Below are positions 13,125-27,848 of a stretch of 64,000 bases of DNA, in pieces (within the stretch, counting starts at the first letter, position 1; the number at the start of each line of letters is the position of its first letter). Source of the stretch: Salpingoeca rosetta. Lineage: Eukaryota > Protista > Choanoflagellata. The translations under genes and the position numbers were made by a program. A model generated the notes under the pieces. That model did no database searches. It was not told the DNA's origin and saw nothing but the letters and a program-made list of their open reading frames with translations. Location: the NCBI GenBank assembly GCA_033442325.1, contig JAWQFM010000016.1:1345679-1409678 (forward strand), read 5' to 3'.

Positions 13125-13794
13125 ACGTTGCTTGCTCGTGCGATGGAAGCACACTTTGTGACTACACGCCCACGCACATGCACTCACAAATACACACACA
13201 CACACGTGCACATACTTTCACACACACACACTCACTCACTCACTCACTCACTCACTCACTCACTCACTCACTCACTCACTCACTCACTCACTCACTCACA
13301 ACCCTCTGCACCGCATGTACACGTGCTGGTCCATGTGCAGGCACCGCCCCCGCCGCCCTGCCCCAGGGGACATTGTTGTGCTGTCACACGACTATGAGAC
13401 GTATGCGGACGCGTGCGACGGCCCGCTTGACATTGGGTGGGCTGGCTGGGTGCTGGCTGACGACCTCACAGATGACCTCCCCATCCGCGTGCACGTGCAC
13501 ACGCGCGGGGAGTGGTGGTACGCTGCTGGGGCGCTGCGCGTGATTGCGCACCCGGGGGACGTTGTTTCGCGCCAGATTGCCATCAAGGGCCTGCCTGTGG
13601 TGCGAGGGCTCAACTGGAAGTGGGGCATGCAGGACGGGGGTGCGGGCAAGGTTGGCTTCATCACGCGGTGTAAGGGGGACTGGTGTGACTGCACGTGGCC
13701 GCACGGTGATATGGAGAACGCGTACAGGATTGGGCCGCACAAGTTTGATCTCCTCGTCGCCAATATGGTGGCCATCCCGCCCACCGCGTACTGA
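11034..13794 (+). CDS. TRAF/RNF41-like C3HC4 RING E3 ligase: low-complexity N-terminus, RING, TRAF-type zinc fingers, coiled coil, mib-repeat-like SH3 fold, MIB/HERC2 domain; exons 11034-13042 and 13341-13794
   Basis: CPVC..CPQQHCFCRPC..CPVC RING; CRNHTHGC..HHKACEY and CLNQEC..HLATCEF fingers; VVRGLNWKWGMQDGGAGKVG..W..YRIG..FDL matches the MIB/HERC2 signature; the phase-2 GT-AG intron joins the frames. Confidence 0.87.
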
Positions 13795-14224
13795 CGCATG
13801 CGGCAGATGGGACGCCAAGGAAAGCAGGATTCGGTGTGTCTGTTGTGTGTCTGTTGTGTGTCTGTGTGTGTGTCTGTTGTGTGTCTGTGTGTGTGTCTGT
13901 TGTGTGTCTGTTCCTACCCCTTCGCTGTTTGCTTGCATGCATGCTGTTTGACACTTCTTACTTATGAATAAGAGACATTGGTATTGGTGCCCACAGTGCT
14001 CCGATGAAGAAGAGGGGGCGGGGGGGGGGAGCGCAAGTGAGACAGTTCTGTTCTTCTCTTCTGCTGCTGTTCTGCCTTTCCTTTCCTTTCCTTTCCTTGA
14101 CTTCTTGCTGGAAATTGCACACGTGCACACACACGCGCACACAATCGACACTTCCCCCAACGACAAAGACAAGACACGAACTCCGCTGCCTACTGCCACA
14201 ACCTCACAAGCCAGCCAGCCAGCC

Positions 14225-16089
<1,865 letters not shown>

Positions 16090-16582
16090 ACACATCCCTT
16101 CCACCCCATCCAACCAGCCATCATCTCCCACATCCAATCATGATGACGATGGCGGCAGCTGCGCCCGCATGTTTGCACACTTGCGTATTGGGTGTGATGT
16201 CATCACAATGTGATGTGACAGCATTTGTGTGCGTTCATATGTGCGTGCCTGTGCGTGTTTGCCATTGCTGCCTTCAACCCTTTCCTCTTTTGTGCTTGCT
16301 TGTTTGCTGTTTGCTGTGTGCAAATGAACAATGGCGAGCAGACAACCAAGTACTTGGCATCCGATGAGCAAGTGGCATTATCTTTTACTTGCACAAACAC
16401 ACCCAAAACAACCGCAAACTGAATGAACTCAGACAAGGAACCACAGATCACATCTTAACAGCCAGCAAGAGCTTAACGCGCGCACACACATCTATCATGC
16501 ACACACGCGCACACATCTATCATTCACACACACACACACATCACGTCACACACCACATCCCACGCCTCGCAGTGCGGTGCGG

Positions 16583-18166
16583 CTACTGGGGCTGGTCTGG
16601 TTTCGCTTTGGCGAGGCCTCGGATGCTGAGATCATACACAACTTGCTCCACATTCTTCACATCGTACTTCAGGGAATCAAACCTGTCAAGGGAAGGGGGG
16701 TGTAGTAGGTGATGGTGAACGGGCGGTGGGAGGACTCATTCGCACACGCATACGGACACACACACTCACTCACACCAACACATCACCGCACACAGACACG
16801 CACATACAGACACAGACACACACACAGAGACAGACACAGACACATACAGACACATACAGACACAGACACACACACACAGCCACACGCAAACGGACTTCCT
16901 GCGGAGGGAGTCGTTCTTGAGGTTGAGGAGCTTGAATGCGTCGTAGAGGTTGGAGATGAAACGGGAGATGGTGACCGGTCGCTCAAAGTCGCCCATGGTC
17001 ACGCAGTTGGTGGCCAGGCGCGTCAGCTCAGATGGCAGGCTGCACAGTCCCATCAGGTAGTCTTCAACGTCAATGTGGAAGTCTGCGGGGTCGTTGGACG
17101 TGACTGGCAGCAGCAACACCGTTTGTGGCGTGGTGTGTGGGTGATGGAGGCCGCGATGCGTGAGAATACTGTGGGTCAACGTTGAATCGTGCGCTCAAGC
17201 CATACTCACACGTACGAACATGCACACGGATCACGCACAACACGCACACTCACAGATCACCCACCACACGCACACTCACCACACACTCACACACACACAC
17301 ACACACACACGCACGCACACACTCACTCACACGCACACACACACACGTACACACCTCCGAGAAGGTTCTGGATATCCTGGAGCTGGATGACGCTGCCGTC
17401 GTTGAGGAAGGTCATGAGGGCAGCAAGGTACACGGTCTGCTGTGTCACCCAGCGCCAGTGCATGTTGTAGCGGTAGTACTCGCCAGGCGGCACCTTCTCC
17501 GCAAGCTGCGCATACAGCGCCTTCATGGCCTCAAACCCCTTGGCTGCCTCGGCCGTGCACACTCCAACTGCAACCCGCAAACATCACACACACACACACA
17601 CACACACACGCACGCACGCAGGCCACAACAGAACCCAAGGCATGAGCACAAGCACGGGTAGGCGAGCAACTTGAAAATCACACAGACGTTGCTGCTGCTG
17701 TTGAAGTGCACACACGGCCGCTTTGAACGGCTGCACTTTCCACAAGAAGAGAATGCAGGCTGTGCTTGAATCCACGCATCATACCTTTGTCGGCAGGGAG
17801 GTGATGGCACTGTTGCAGGGCGCGCTCGATCTCGCGCATCTTCGGCTCAATGGTCTTCACCACATCCTTGATGGCCTGTGCACACGTGATGGGTCGACAC
17901 CGACGCAGCATCCAACAAATCAGCAACCACAAACAGCCCCTTGATCTCTCTCGTGCACACGTCGTTCACACAGAGAGAGAGAGAGAGAGATCACGCAGCA
18001 CACTGCACAACTGACACAGCACACTGCACACTGCACACTACACACTTCACGCAGCACACTGCACACTGCACAACTGACACAGCACACAGCACACAGCATG
18101 CACACGCACCTCCCGCTTCTCTTGCTCGGCGTCTGCCACATCCTGGAACCACTGGAACATGCTCAT
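16583..18166 (-). CDS. TSN: Translin, 5 exons
   Basis: EYYRYNMHWRWVTQQTVYLAAL; FHIDVEDYLMGL..L.SELTRLATNCVTMGDFERP; FKLLNLKNDSLRRKFDSLKYDVKNVEQVVYDLSIRGL. Confidence 0.96.
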
Positions 18167-18250
18167 ATTGGCTGCTGTGTGCGCTGCTGCGAGCTCAAGG
18201 GTGTTATGCGGGTTGTGGCGATTGTATGAAAATACACATAATTTTCAGTC

Positions 18251-18266
18251 GCCGGGAAATTTCAAA
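18251..18266 (+). promoter_or_regulatory. CDE-CHR-like cell-cycle element in the TSN/ERCC6L divergent promoter
   Basis: GCCGGG-AAAT-TTCAAA fits BSSSSS-N4-TTYRAA, about 140 bp upstream of the ERCC6L ATG. Confidence 0.4.
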
Positions 18267-18405
18267 CAGCAGCTTCCGTCCACCAAGCACGACGAACTGT
18301 GTGGCTGCTTCCACAACCCCGCACACGCACTCTCCCTCCATCTCTCGCTTGCTCTCACTCTCGCTCTCCGTCTGTCACTGTGACCGTTGAGTGGAGAAAG
18401 TGAGC

Positions 18406-21400
18406 ATGCCACTGACGGAACTGTGCAGCGGCAATGACGCTGGTGCTGGCGTGAGCGCAGCGCCGCAGAAGAAGCAAAAGAGCTGCGATGGCAACGTGCA
18501 TGAACGTCAACAGCACGGCGAAGAAAACGCAGGCGCAGGCAGGAACCCGCAGCTCTTGTTCAAGCGACTGATCGCAAAAGCCAAAGAGAAGCAGGCAGCC
18601 TGCCAGTACAGGGCCGCCCTCAAGAAGTACGAGAAGGCCGCCACCCTCTTCACCACTCCAAAGGTGTTTATGGACGGTGCAGTTGTTTGTGTTTCACATG
18701 CGCATACAAGTCGAATGCATGCACCCAGGAAACACGAGTACTCACACACACACAAGTACTTACACACTCACAACCACACTCACACACAAGTACTCACATT
18801 CACACACACACACACACACATGTATCCACACACACATGTGTTTTTTCGCGCTTGCATTGACGTAGCTGGCGAAACGCATCGAAAAGCTCAAGGCCATCAT
18901 TGCGCAGTGCAAGCCGCTCGGGGACGGGTTTGTGCTGGACCCAAACACGGGCTGCTGTGTGCTGGATGAGCGCTTCTTCTTGCCCCAGGACACGTACGAG
19001 AAGCTGTACAAGCACCAGCGTGAAGGTGTCAAGTGGCTCTGGACGCTCTTCAAGAACCAGCACGGTGGCATCCTCGCCGATGACATGGTACCAACGTGCA
19101 GCCTGTGTATGTATGTATGTGCGTGTGCACATATGTGTCTATGCTTTCAGTGTATTCTTGTGGATGCTTGGTTTGGAGGTGTGCTGTGCATCCCCGTGAT
19201 ACATATCTGGTTGCACCCCCAAACCACTTGCGACCAGCATTGCATGTCACATGGATGCCAAACCTCACCACACAACCACGCGGCCTGCCAATGATGGCAG
19301 GGTCTGGGCAAGACCGTGCAAGTGTCGTCGTATCTCGATGGCCTCTTTGCCTCGGAGCTGATCCACTCCGCGCTGATTGTGCTGCCACTCTCGCTCGCCG
19401 CCACGTGGAAGAAGGAGCTCGCGTTTTGGGCACCAAACGTCAACGTGCAGGTGTGTTGTGTCGTGTTGTGTTGTGTTGTGTCGTGTTGTGTTGTGTTGTG
19501 TTGTGTTGTGTTGTATTGTGTTGTGTTGTATTGTTTCGTGCCGTGTAGGAAACTCTGTGCTTGTTGGCTTGCGTGTATGTGATGTAGACTATGCGCGGGT
19601 CGTCACACGCACGCAGTTGTTATGTCGCCGCGCTTGTGCTCACAGAATGCAATGTCTACTCGTCTGCAGGTGTTCCACGGCACACGAAAGGCCGCACGGA
19701 GGAAGGCCCTCATGTCCGTCCTGGTTCGTGCGCCTCACATATCATGCAAACACACATAGCGCGTGCACACACGCACACACACATACACAGCCTGCTCCAT
19801 GTGTTACATCTGCTCTTCAGTATGCAATTCCTGCTTCAACCTGGGGTGTAACGTCTGCGTGCGTTCGTGTGAGGCAGAAGGAAGGCGGCATCTGTCTGAC
19901 CACGTACGGGATGGTGCTGTCGTCAACGGATGACCTCAACCACGAAGGTCACGTGTGGGACTACGTCATTCTTGACGAAGGTGTGTATGTGTACGTGTGT
20001 GTGTGTGTGCGTGCGTGTGTGTGTGTGTGTGTACGTGTGTGAGTGTGTGTGTATGTGCGTGTGTGTATGTATGTGTGTGTGCAAGTGTGTGTGTGTGTGG
20101 CACGCGGATAGTGAGCAGCTCATTTGGTGGATGCCATGTAGCCCCAATTAACGCAAGTTCTCACTTGCCATCGTTGCAATGGTATTGTAGGGCACAAGAT
20201 CCGAAACCACACAAGCCAGAGTGCAAAGGCAATTCGCGAAGTGAACACAGACAACAGAATCATTCTCAGCGGTATGAGCACATGCATATGTATGCATGTG
20301 TGCGTGCATGTGTGTGTGTGTGCCCTCCCCTCCCGCGCATACTGTCACTTCTGAGGAGATGGACGCCGTGTGGGAGGAAGAATGGCGCACCTGTCGTCGG
20401 TAGTGGTGGTGGTGGTGGTGGTGGTGGTGGTGGTGGCATGTGAAACAAGTTGGTATGCTTCTCCTGCGTACGGCGGTCCCTGTCACCTTTGTACGCCTTC
20501 ACACAAAACTTCGGAACACTTTTCGCGCGCGCTGCTGCAGGCACACCCATCCAGAACAAGCTGGGCGAGCTGTGGGCGCTGTTTGACTTTGTGTGCTTTG
20601 GCACGCTGCTTGGATCCCGTCGCACCTTCACAAATGAGTTTGAGAAGACAATTGTGCAAGGTTCCGACCGAAAGGCCACCAGAATGCAGAAGCTGGACGC
20701 ACAAGAGGTGAGTACGCCAGAACAAAACGCATTTGCACAAGTTGTGTACGCGTGCACTTGCCTGTCTGTGCAGCAGCGCATGAATAACGTTGTTGACGTT
20801 CAGCGCAGGCACGGTCGTACAACACAAACGAGCATGCCTCCACATTCACCATCATCCCCACTCTGTAATCCATTCCATGTTCTCATCTTGCATCTCAAAG
20901 GTTGCGGAGACGCTGCGGAAATTGATTCAGCCACACTTTCTCCGACGCGAGAAGAAAACAGCGCTTTGCTCAGGTGTGTGTGTTTGGCTGTGTGTGTGTG
21001 TGTGTGCCTGCGTGTGTGTATTTGGCTGTGTGTGGGTGTGTGTGAGTTGTATGTGTGTGTGTGTAGCTGTCGTGTGTATGTGTGTGTGTGTGTGTGTGTG
21101 TGGCTGTCGTGAGACACAATTGACGTTTCTAGCTCACACGTTCCACACTGCCATTGTGTCAACGCTGCTGCAACAACAGGAGGTGGCGACCAGGGCAAGA
21201 CAGCACAAGATGCCGTGCTGGCTGGCTGTGCTGTTGTGGACGACAGCCCTGACCAAGCAGCCTCCGCATGCAAACAGCTGCCAACGGATGCCAACGATGA
21301 TGACGATGATGCTGGCGGTGCAGTGAAGCATGAGAGCGGCGCGCCCAAGTCGCTACCACGCAAGGACGATCTGGTGATGTGGATTCGGCTGTCTGAGCTG

Positions 21401-22961
21401 CAGGAACGCATCTACACGCATTTCCTCAACTCCGAACGCGTGCAAGAGATTCTCAACTCGACCAAGTCCCCGCTCGCCGCCCTCAATGTCATGAAGAAGG
21501 TCTGCACTTGCGTTTTTGTGTTTGTGGTGTGTAGGTTGTGATTGTATGCTGATAGACGTTTGTGTGTTTGACTGTGTTGTACTTTGTATCCTGTATGTTG
21601 TGTTGTGTCGCACACACACACACACCATGCTGCCGTGGTTCGCTGTCTGCACGAAATTATTTCGCTTCCTTCGCTCACATCCTCACACCACCTGCGCATA
21701 CACACACATACGCACCTACATTGCTGCACAATCCACCTCCACAACACAAACATCTCTTCAATGCAGTTGTGTGATCACCCGCGCCTGCTGCGTGGACAGC
21801 AGCAGTACCACGTTGCTCTTGGTTTCCGCGACGCTGATGAGAAAACAGACACTGCACGTGACGACAGCACAAACGGACGTGGAAGCAGCAGCAGCAGCAG
21901 TCGCAACAACAGCTATGATCACGGCGCTGGAGATGATGATGATGATGACGACGATGATGATGGTGTGGGCACGCTTGGTGTTGAACGGTTGGACTTGAAC
22001 ACGACAGCAGCAGCGCTGAACGGAGCAGATTCACAGCTGCACGCTGGCATGTCCACTGTTCTCGATGAAGAGACGGTCAACGCAATCTTCAACCCGCATG
22101 TGTCATTGCACGATGTGGTGAAGCAATCTGGCAAGCTGCGCTTCTGCGTGCATTTGCTTGAGCAGTTGCGACAGGAGGGCCACCGCGCTCTCCTCTTCAG
22201 CCAATCCCTCAAAATGCTCGACATCATCAGCGCCGTCCTCAACGAACAGGGCGTCAAGTGCGTTGTGTGTATGTGTGTGATGTGTGTGCGTGCGTTGTGT
22301 GTGTGTGTATGTATGTGTGTGTGTGAGTGTGTGATGTGTGTGCGTGTGTGTGCGTGCGTGTGTGTGTACTCATGCCTGCGCTTGGCCACAAGCAATACTC
22401 CATGAACTCCAACAGTGATAATGCAGCACAGTTCTCATCACAGCCTTGTGCTTGCGCGTTTCGTGTATCCACCATCGCAGACATTCGCGCCTGCATGGTG
22501 CCATCAGCGACACGGATGAGCGGCAGAAAATCGTTGATGACTTCAATAGCGACGCGTCCATCTTCTGCATGCTTCTCACCACGCAAGTTGGTGGTGTTGG
22601 TCTCACACTCACAGGGGCAGACCGCGTCATCATCTTCGATCCAAGCTGGAACCCGTCCACAGACGCACAGGCCGTCGACAGAGCGTGCGTGTTGCCTCTG
22701 CGTCAGTGTGTGTGTGCATGTGTGGATGCGAGTGACTGCAGCAGTGAGAGAGAGAGTGTGTGTGTGTGTGTGTGAGTAAGAGAGTGAGTGAGTGAGTGAG
22801 TGAGCGAGTGAGTGAGAGAAAGAGAGCGAGTGTGTGTGTGTGTGTGTGTGCATGTGTGGATGCGAGTGACTGCAGCAGTGAGAGAGAGAGTGTGTGTGTG
22901 TGTGTGTGAGTAAGAGAGTGAGTGAGTGAGTGAGTGAGCGAGTGAGTGAGAGAAAGAGAGC

Positions 22962-23001
<40 letters not shown>

Positions 23002-23283
23002 CATCGCCCCTCCCCCTTTTCGATCTACAGCTCCACCTCAGCCGTCGATGCAACGAGTGACATGTCCGTCATCTGCAGTTTAACCTCATCGCCTTTCTCT
23101 TGCGCATGTGTGCACGCGTTTTGCTTCAACAGCTACCGAATTGGGCAAACGCGCCGTGTTGTTGTCTACCGCCTCATCACGTGCGGAACAATCGAGGAGA
23201 AGATTTACCGCAAGCAGGCGAGTACATGAATCTGCACTTGTTGAAAGCCACACAGCAGTGCACATGTGCTCTCGTGCGTTCGT

Positions 23284-23324
<41 letters not shown>

Positions 23325-25419
23325 CATTCTCTTGTTTGGGCATTTCAAGACTCGTTGCAGGCGACAGGATTGTTGTTCACAACCAGGTTTCGTTCACGTG
23401 CGTGCATGTGCGTGTCATTGCCACTGCAGGTGTTCAAGGACGGGCTGTCTCGTGTGGCGACGTCATCGCAGAATCCATATCGCTACTTCTCCCGCAATGT
23501 ACGCACTCACCCAGACTGACATCAATGAAGGAGGTGGTTGTTGTGTATTGTAGCTGCTTTATTCTTGTTTTGGCGGTGGTTGACACGCTACTACACCGCA
23601 AGCACCCACGTGTGCTCACACCTGCTCGATCGTGTTCTCATCCGTGTGTGCATACACTGAACACGGTCGTTTTCACGTGTGCGCAACACAGGAGATCAAG
23701 GCTCTGTTTAAGCTGGAAGACACGTCCGTCTCCGAAACATTTGTGCAGCTGCAACAGCTCCACGGCAAGCAGGTGTGTGTGTGTGTGTGTGAATGTGAAT
23801 GTGTGGTGTGGTTGTTGCTTGATTGGTTGGTGGGTTGATGTAGTTTGTATGAGTGCCCGTGAGTTTATTTGACACGTGTGAACTCAAATGACAATTCAGA
23901 TTGACTCGAACGTACTGTGCTGCTCACCTTCCCTGTATCGAACTGCCTCTCCCGCCTCGATAAATGCTCCCTTGTCCAGATTGATGATGAGGAGCTGGAG
24001 GCACACGTGCGGGCACTGCCGGCCACAGAGCTGTCTGCGACATCAAATCACGCATTGCTGTTCAGCAAAGCAAACCAGGACGAGGCTGTGGACCATTGTG
24101 ATGCACACGGCGCCCGCACACGCGCAGCAGACAAAGGGGAGCGGCTGCGACGCGAGGGGCAGGATGCAGGACAGCAGTCGCGAACACACGCACAACACAA
24201 GCACAAGCGCCGTGTGGCTCATGAATCTGATGATGATGGTGATGGTGATGGTGATGGTGATGGTGATGGTGATGGTGATGGTGATGGTGATGGTGACGCT
24301 GAAGATCACGGTGAAACACACGACGGACACGCCAGCAGCACCTTAGAATATGAGGATGAGGGCGAAAACGAAGAAGAAGAAGAGGAACGCAATCACCCAG
24401 GACAGCAAGATGATGAACAAGAAGCGGAATGCACAGGTGAAACGATGGAACAAGCGATGGACGAGGCAGATGTGGGCCTTTGCAGTGATGGCCATGATGA
24501 ACATGCTGACAGCGATGGCTGTGCAGATGATGAAAACGCATTCGGCGACGCAGACAGTCCAGTCGTTGGCAGTGCCCACCGCCCCTCTCAATTGATTGTC
24601 ACCTCAGAGGAGGAGGAAGAAGAAGGAGAAGGTGCGGCATCAAGACACGATGATAGCAGTGATGATGGCGCTGACTATGACGATGCAATCAACTCCTTCA
24701 CACACGATGAAAGGGATGAAGACGGTGATGAAGAACTCCACAACGACACTGCCGGTGATGGCGATGACGAGGAGGAGGAGGAGGAGGAGGAGGAGGAGGA
24801 GGAGGAGGAGGAGGAGGAGGAGGAGGAGGAAGAAGACAGTCGTGGCGATGAGTGCTTCGGTGATGAACATGGCAGTGTTGTGATGCCTGCGGCCACATCG
24901 TTTCTTGAAAAGTATCAGGGCGCGAGCATGATTGTCATGGATGACTCCTTTGGTCATGGCAGCGCTGGTGAGGACGACGATGAGGAGGAGGACGATGCAG
25001 AGTCATTCGACACATGCGCAAGCGATTTGGACATGGATGTTGCTGGTGCCAAGGAGGGTGATGCTGGTGATGTCGGCCGAAGCAGCGCTGCTGGTGTTGA
25101 GAACCAAGGTGACATGGAGGATTCCTTCTACACGGCCGACGAGCGTGATGATGAAGAGCACGGTGATGATTCTGCTGACTGTGAGGAGGTGTATGATCAG
25201 CACGATGGTGTTGGCACTCCGTCTGCACCGAGCAGCCCCGTCGCCCCGTTTGAGGTGCATGGCCGCATGTTTTCCTCGCCAGCGGCTTTTGTGATGTCAC
25301 CACAGTCACGTGTGGACACAACAACCGCTCCAGTCTGTTCTCGTCACCAGTCAACCAAGGTAAACCCGTGTTTGTATGCAGGTGTGGGCTTGCACGTGTA
25401 TGCGTGTGTGTAATTGTAT

Positions 25420-25461
<42 letters not shown>

Positions 25462-25781
25462 TGGTGTGGGTGTGGGTGTGGGTGTGGGTGTGGGTGTGTG
25501 GGTGTGTGGGGGTGGTGGTGTGGTGGTGGTACGAGCAATAGTCTTGTTGTTAATCAGACCAGGGGATTAGTGCAGATCTCATCAGTCATGCTATCTTAGT
25601 GCGAGAACCAGGTAGCTTCGGGGGCTCAATTGCCGTCTATTGCGGTTCTAACGGTTCCTCAGACAGACCAAATCGCCCTACTCTCAGGCCAGAATAGACA
25701 AGATTTCAAAAGTCCAGAGTCGCCGCCCCTCCCCCAAGCCGCTCTACCATAGGGTATCCAAGCCAGCAAGCGAATTCAACA

Positions 25782-25826
<45 letters not shown>

Positions 25827-26384
25827 TGTGGTGTGGTGTGGTGTGGGTGTGGGTGTGTGGGTGTGTGGGTGTGGGTGTGTGGGTGTGGGTGTGTGGGTGT
25901 GGGTGTGTGGGTGTGGGTGGGTGTGGGTGGGTGTGTGTGGCGAACCTGATGCCTCAACACAAACAAACTCACACATCGAATGTCATGTGTGTGTGTGTTT
26001 GTGGCTGTGCTTTTAGGTGCGTGTCAATCGATGCCGCTGTCATGTGGGCGCAGAAGAACTGCAGGAGTACACGGCACTGGCTGCAATGGCAAGGTGAGGA
26101 CAGCGCGTGAGTGAGAGAGTTGGTGAACGATGCAGTGAGTGCATTTGGACTTGTGTTGTACGTGCACCATCCTTGTTTGTATCCACTCCGATCAGTTTAT
26201 TGTTCCACTTGCCCAACACAGTACTAGCTCACGCTTCTCTCATCCTCGCAATGACAGACACAAGTCAACACCGGCCCGCGCAGCCTTTGAGATGGCAATT
26301 AAAGCCCTGGACATTTGCAGCGACGATGAGGAGATGCACGCGCTTGCCCTGAGACTTGCGGCTGATATGGGTCTCGAACTGTGA
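18406..26384 (+). CDS. ERCC6L: PICH/ERCC6L SNF2-family DNA translocase, multi-exon
   Basis: N-terminal TPR; [13 protein letters not shown]; [14 protein letters not shown]; [16 protein letters not shown]; PICH-specific [23 protein letters not shown]; acidic linker; C-terminal [24 protein letters not shown]. Confidence 0.94.
22707..22985. repeat. 134-bp tandem duplication in an ERCC6L intron
   Basis: catgtgtggatgcgagtgactgcagcagtgaga... at 22717 and 22851. Confidence 0.92.
23218..23429 (+). other. GC-AG intron in ERCC6L
   Basis: CAG|GCGAGT donor is required to join IEEKIYRKQ to VFKDGL in frame. Confidence 0.85.
25548..25781. mobile_element. Candidate solo LTR or other short insertion (234 bp) in an ERCC6L intron
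   Basis: TGTTAAT...ATTCAACA ends, flanks CTTGT/ATTGT (4/5 match), microsatellite-free composition. Confidence 0.4.
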
Positions 26385-26638
26385 CACAGAAAGCCCCGAT
26401 TTGCGTGGATGTATGCGTGCGTGTATGTGTGTATGTGTGTGCGTGTGTGTGTGTGCGGGTGTTTTGTATGTGTATGTGTTGTGTGTTGCGGTACTTCTTC
26501 CCGTTTTGTGCATCTGCTTGTGCGTACTTTTCGTTTATTGCAACCAACCAACTGAATTGGCAAGTAAGTGTTCCTGATGAATAAAATACGTCAAATGCAC
26601 ACAGTTGACATGGGCAGGGCAGCAACGCAGGCGTGCGG

Positions 26639-26886
26639 TCATGATTGGATCTTGGTGCCGCCGTGCACGAGGAACGTTTGTGGCGACTCTTCAAGGATGT
26701 GACTTGCAGACCACTGGTAGTGCAAAGCATCGTGTCAACAAGGAATGTGAGCCAAAGACATGTCAATTGCAATGGCTCGCGGCATGTACACATGTACACG
26801 CATGTGCGCAAGCACAAGCACAAGCACGCACACACACACACGCACACACACACACACACACGCACACACACACACACACACGCACG

Positions 26887-26918
<32 letters not shown>

Positions 26919-27781
26919 CACACCTTGCCACGCCACCAGTTTTGGATAAATGGGGACGCGATGAAACGATGGTAGTGCTGCTGAACAAAGTCAAAGTGTT
27001 TGGAGTGAAACAGGAACGACGCAAAGTCCACATCATATGCCCGCCCCGTATCTGATGCCTGCATGCAGAGAAGCATGTAAACGCACGTGGAAGAGTATGT
27101 GTGTGTGTGTGTGTTGGAGGCAGAACGACTGAAGCTGAATCGCAGTGGGTGCAGGCATGCATGCGCTGATTGGCCTTCGGGGAGCACGAGAAGCACGTTG
27201 CAGACCAGACACACAAGGCCGGCATCAAACCAAACCTGGTATGACCGAAGTTCGCCTTTATCCTGTGTGTTCTGGAACGCGTTGGTGCGAACGCTGTGGC
27301 GGACGCCCGCAAACACGGCACTGCGAGTGTTGTAGATGGCGTTGCCGTTGAGATGAAGGCGATGGCTAACGGGTCGTGGATACCGGACCTTTGGCGCGCG
27401 CGGCACTGATCCAATCACCCAAGGCCCCTCTGCGCATAACAGGAATGCGTGCGAATGAGCGAACACGGGCGTGCATGCAGGCAAAAGCGTTGATCGAGTG
27501 TTGCCAGCGTACGCACGCCTTTGCACCCATCGTCTGCACATGAAGCGCAGCACACAAACAAAGCGCACCTTCATCTCCAATGAGGCGTGCGTGTGTTGAA
27601 ACGACGTCACACATGGCATCAAGCCAGCCTTTGATCAAGAAGCATGTGTGTGCGTGCATGAGTGTTGCGTGTGTATGTGGTGAGCTGACGCAGTGCCTTT
27701 GCTTGCAAGCTTTAAAAAGGGAGGGGCACGGGAAGCCGGAAGCATATACATGGCATGCGCGTGAGGGTACATACACACATG

Positions 27782-27848
<67 letters not shown>

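Noticed and set aside
25553-25590. Minus-strand CTGATGAG...CTGA suggesting a hammerhead ribozyme or C/D snoRNA
   Set aside because: No GAAA or stem II/III for a hammerhead; boxes are only ~21 nt apart and antisense to the host gene
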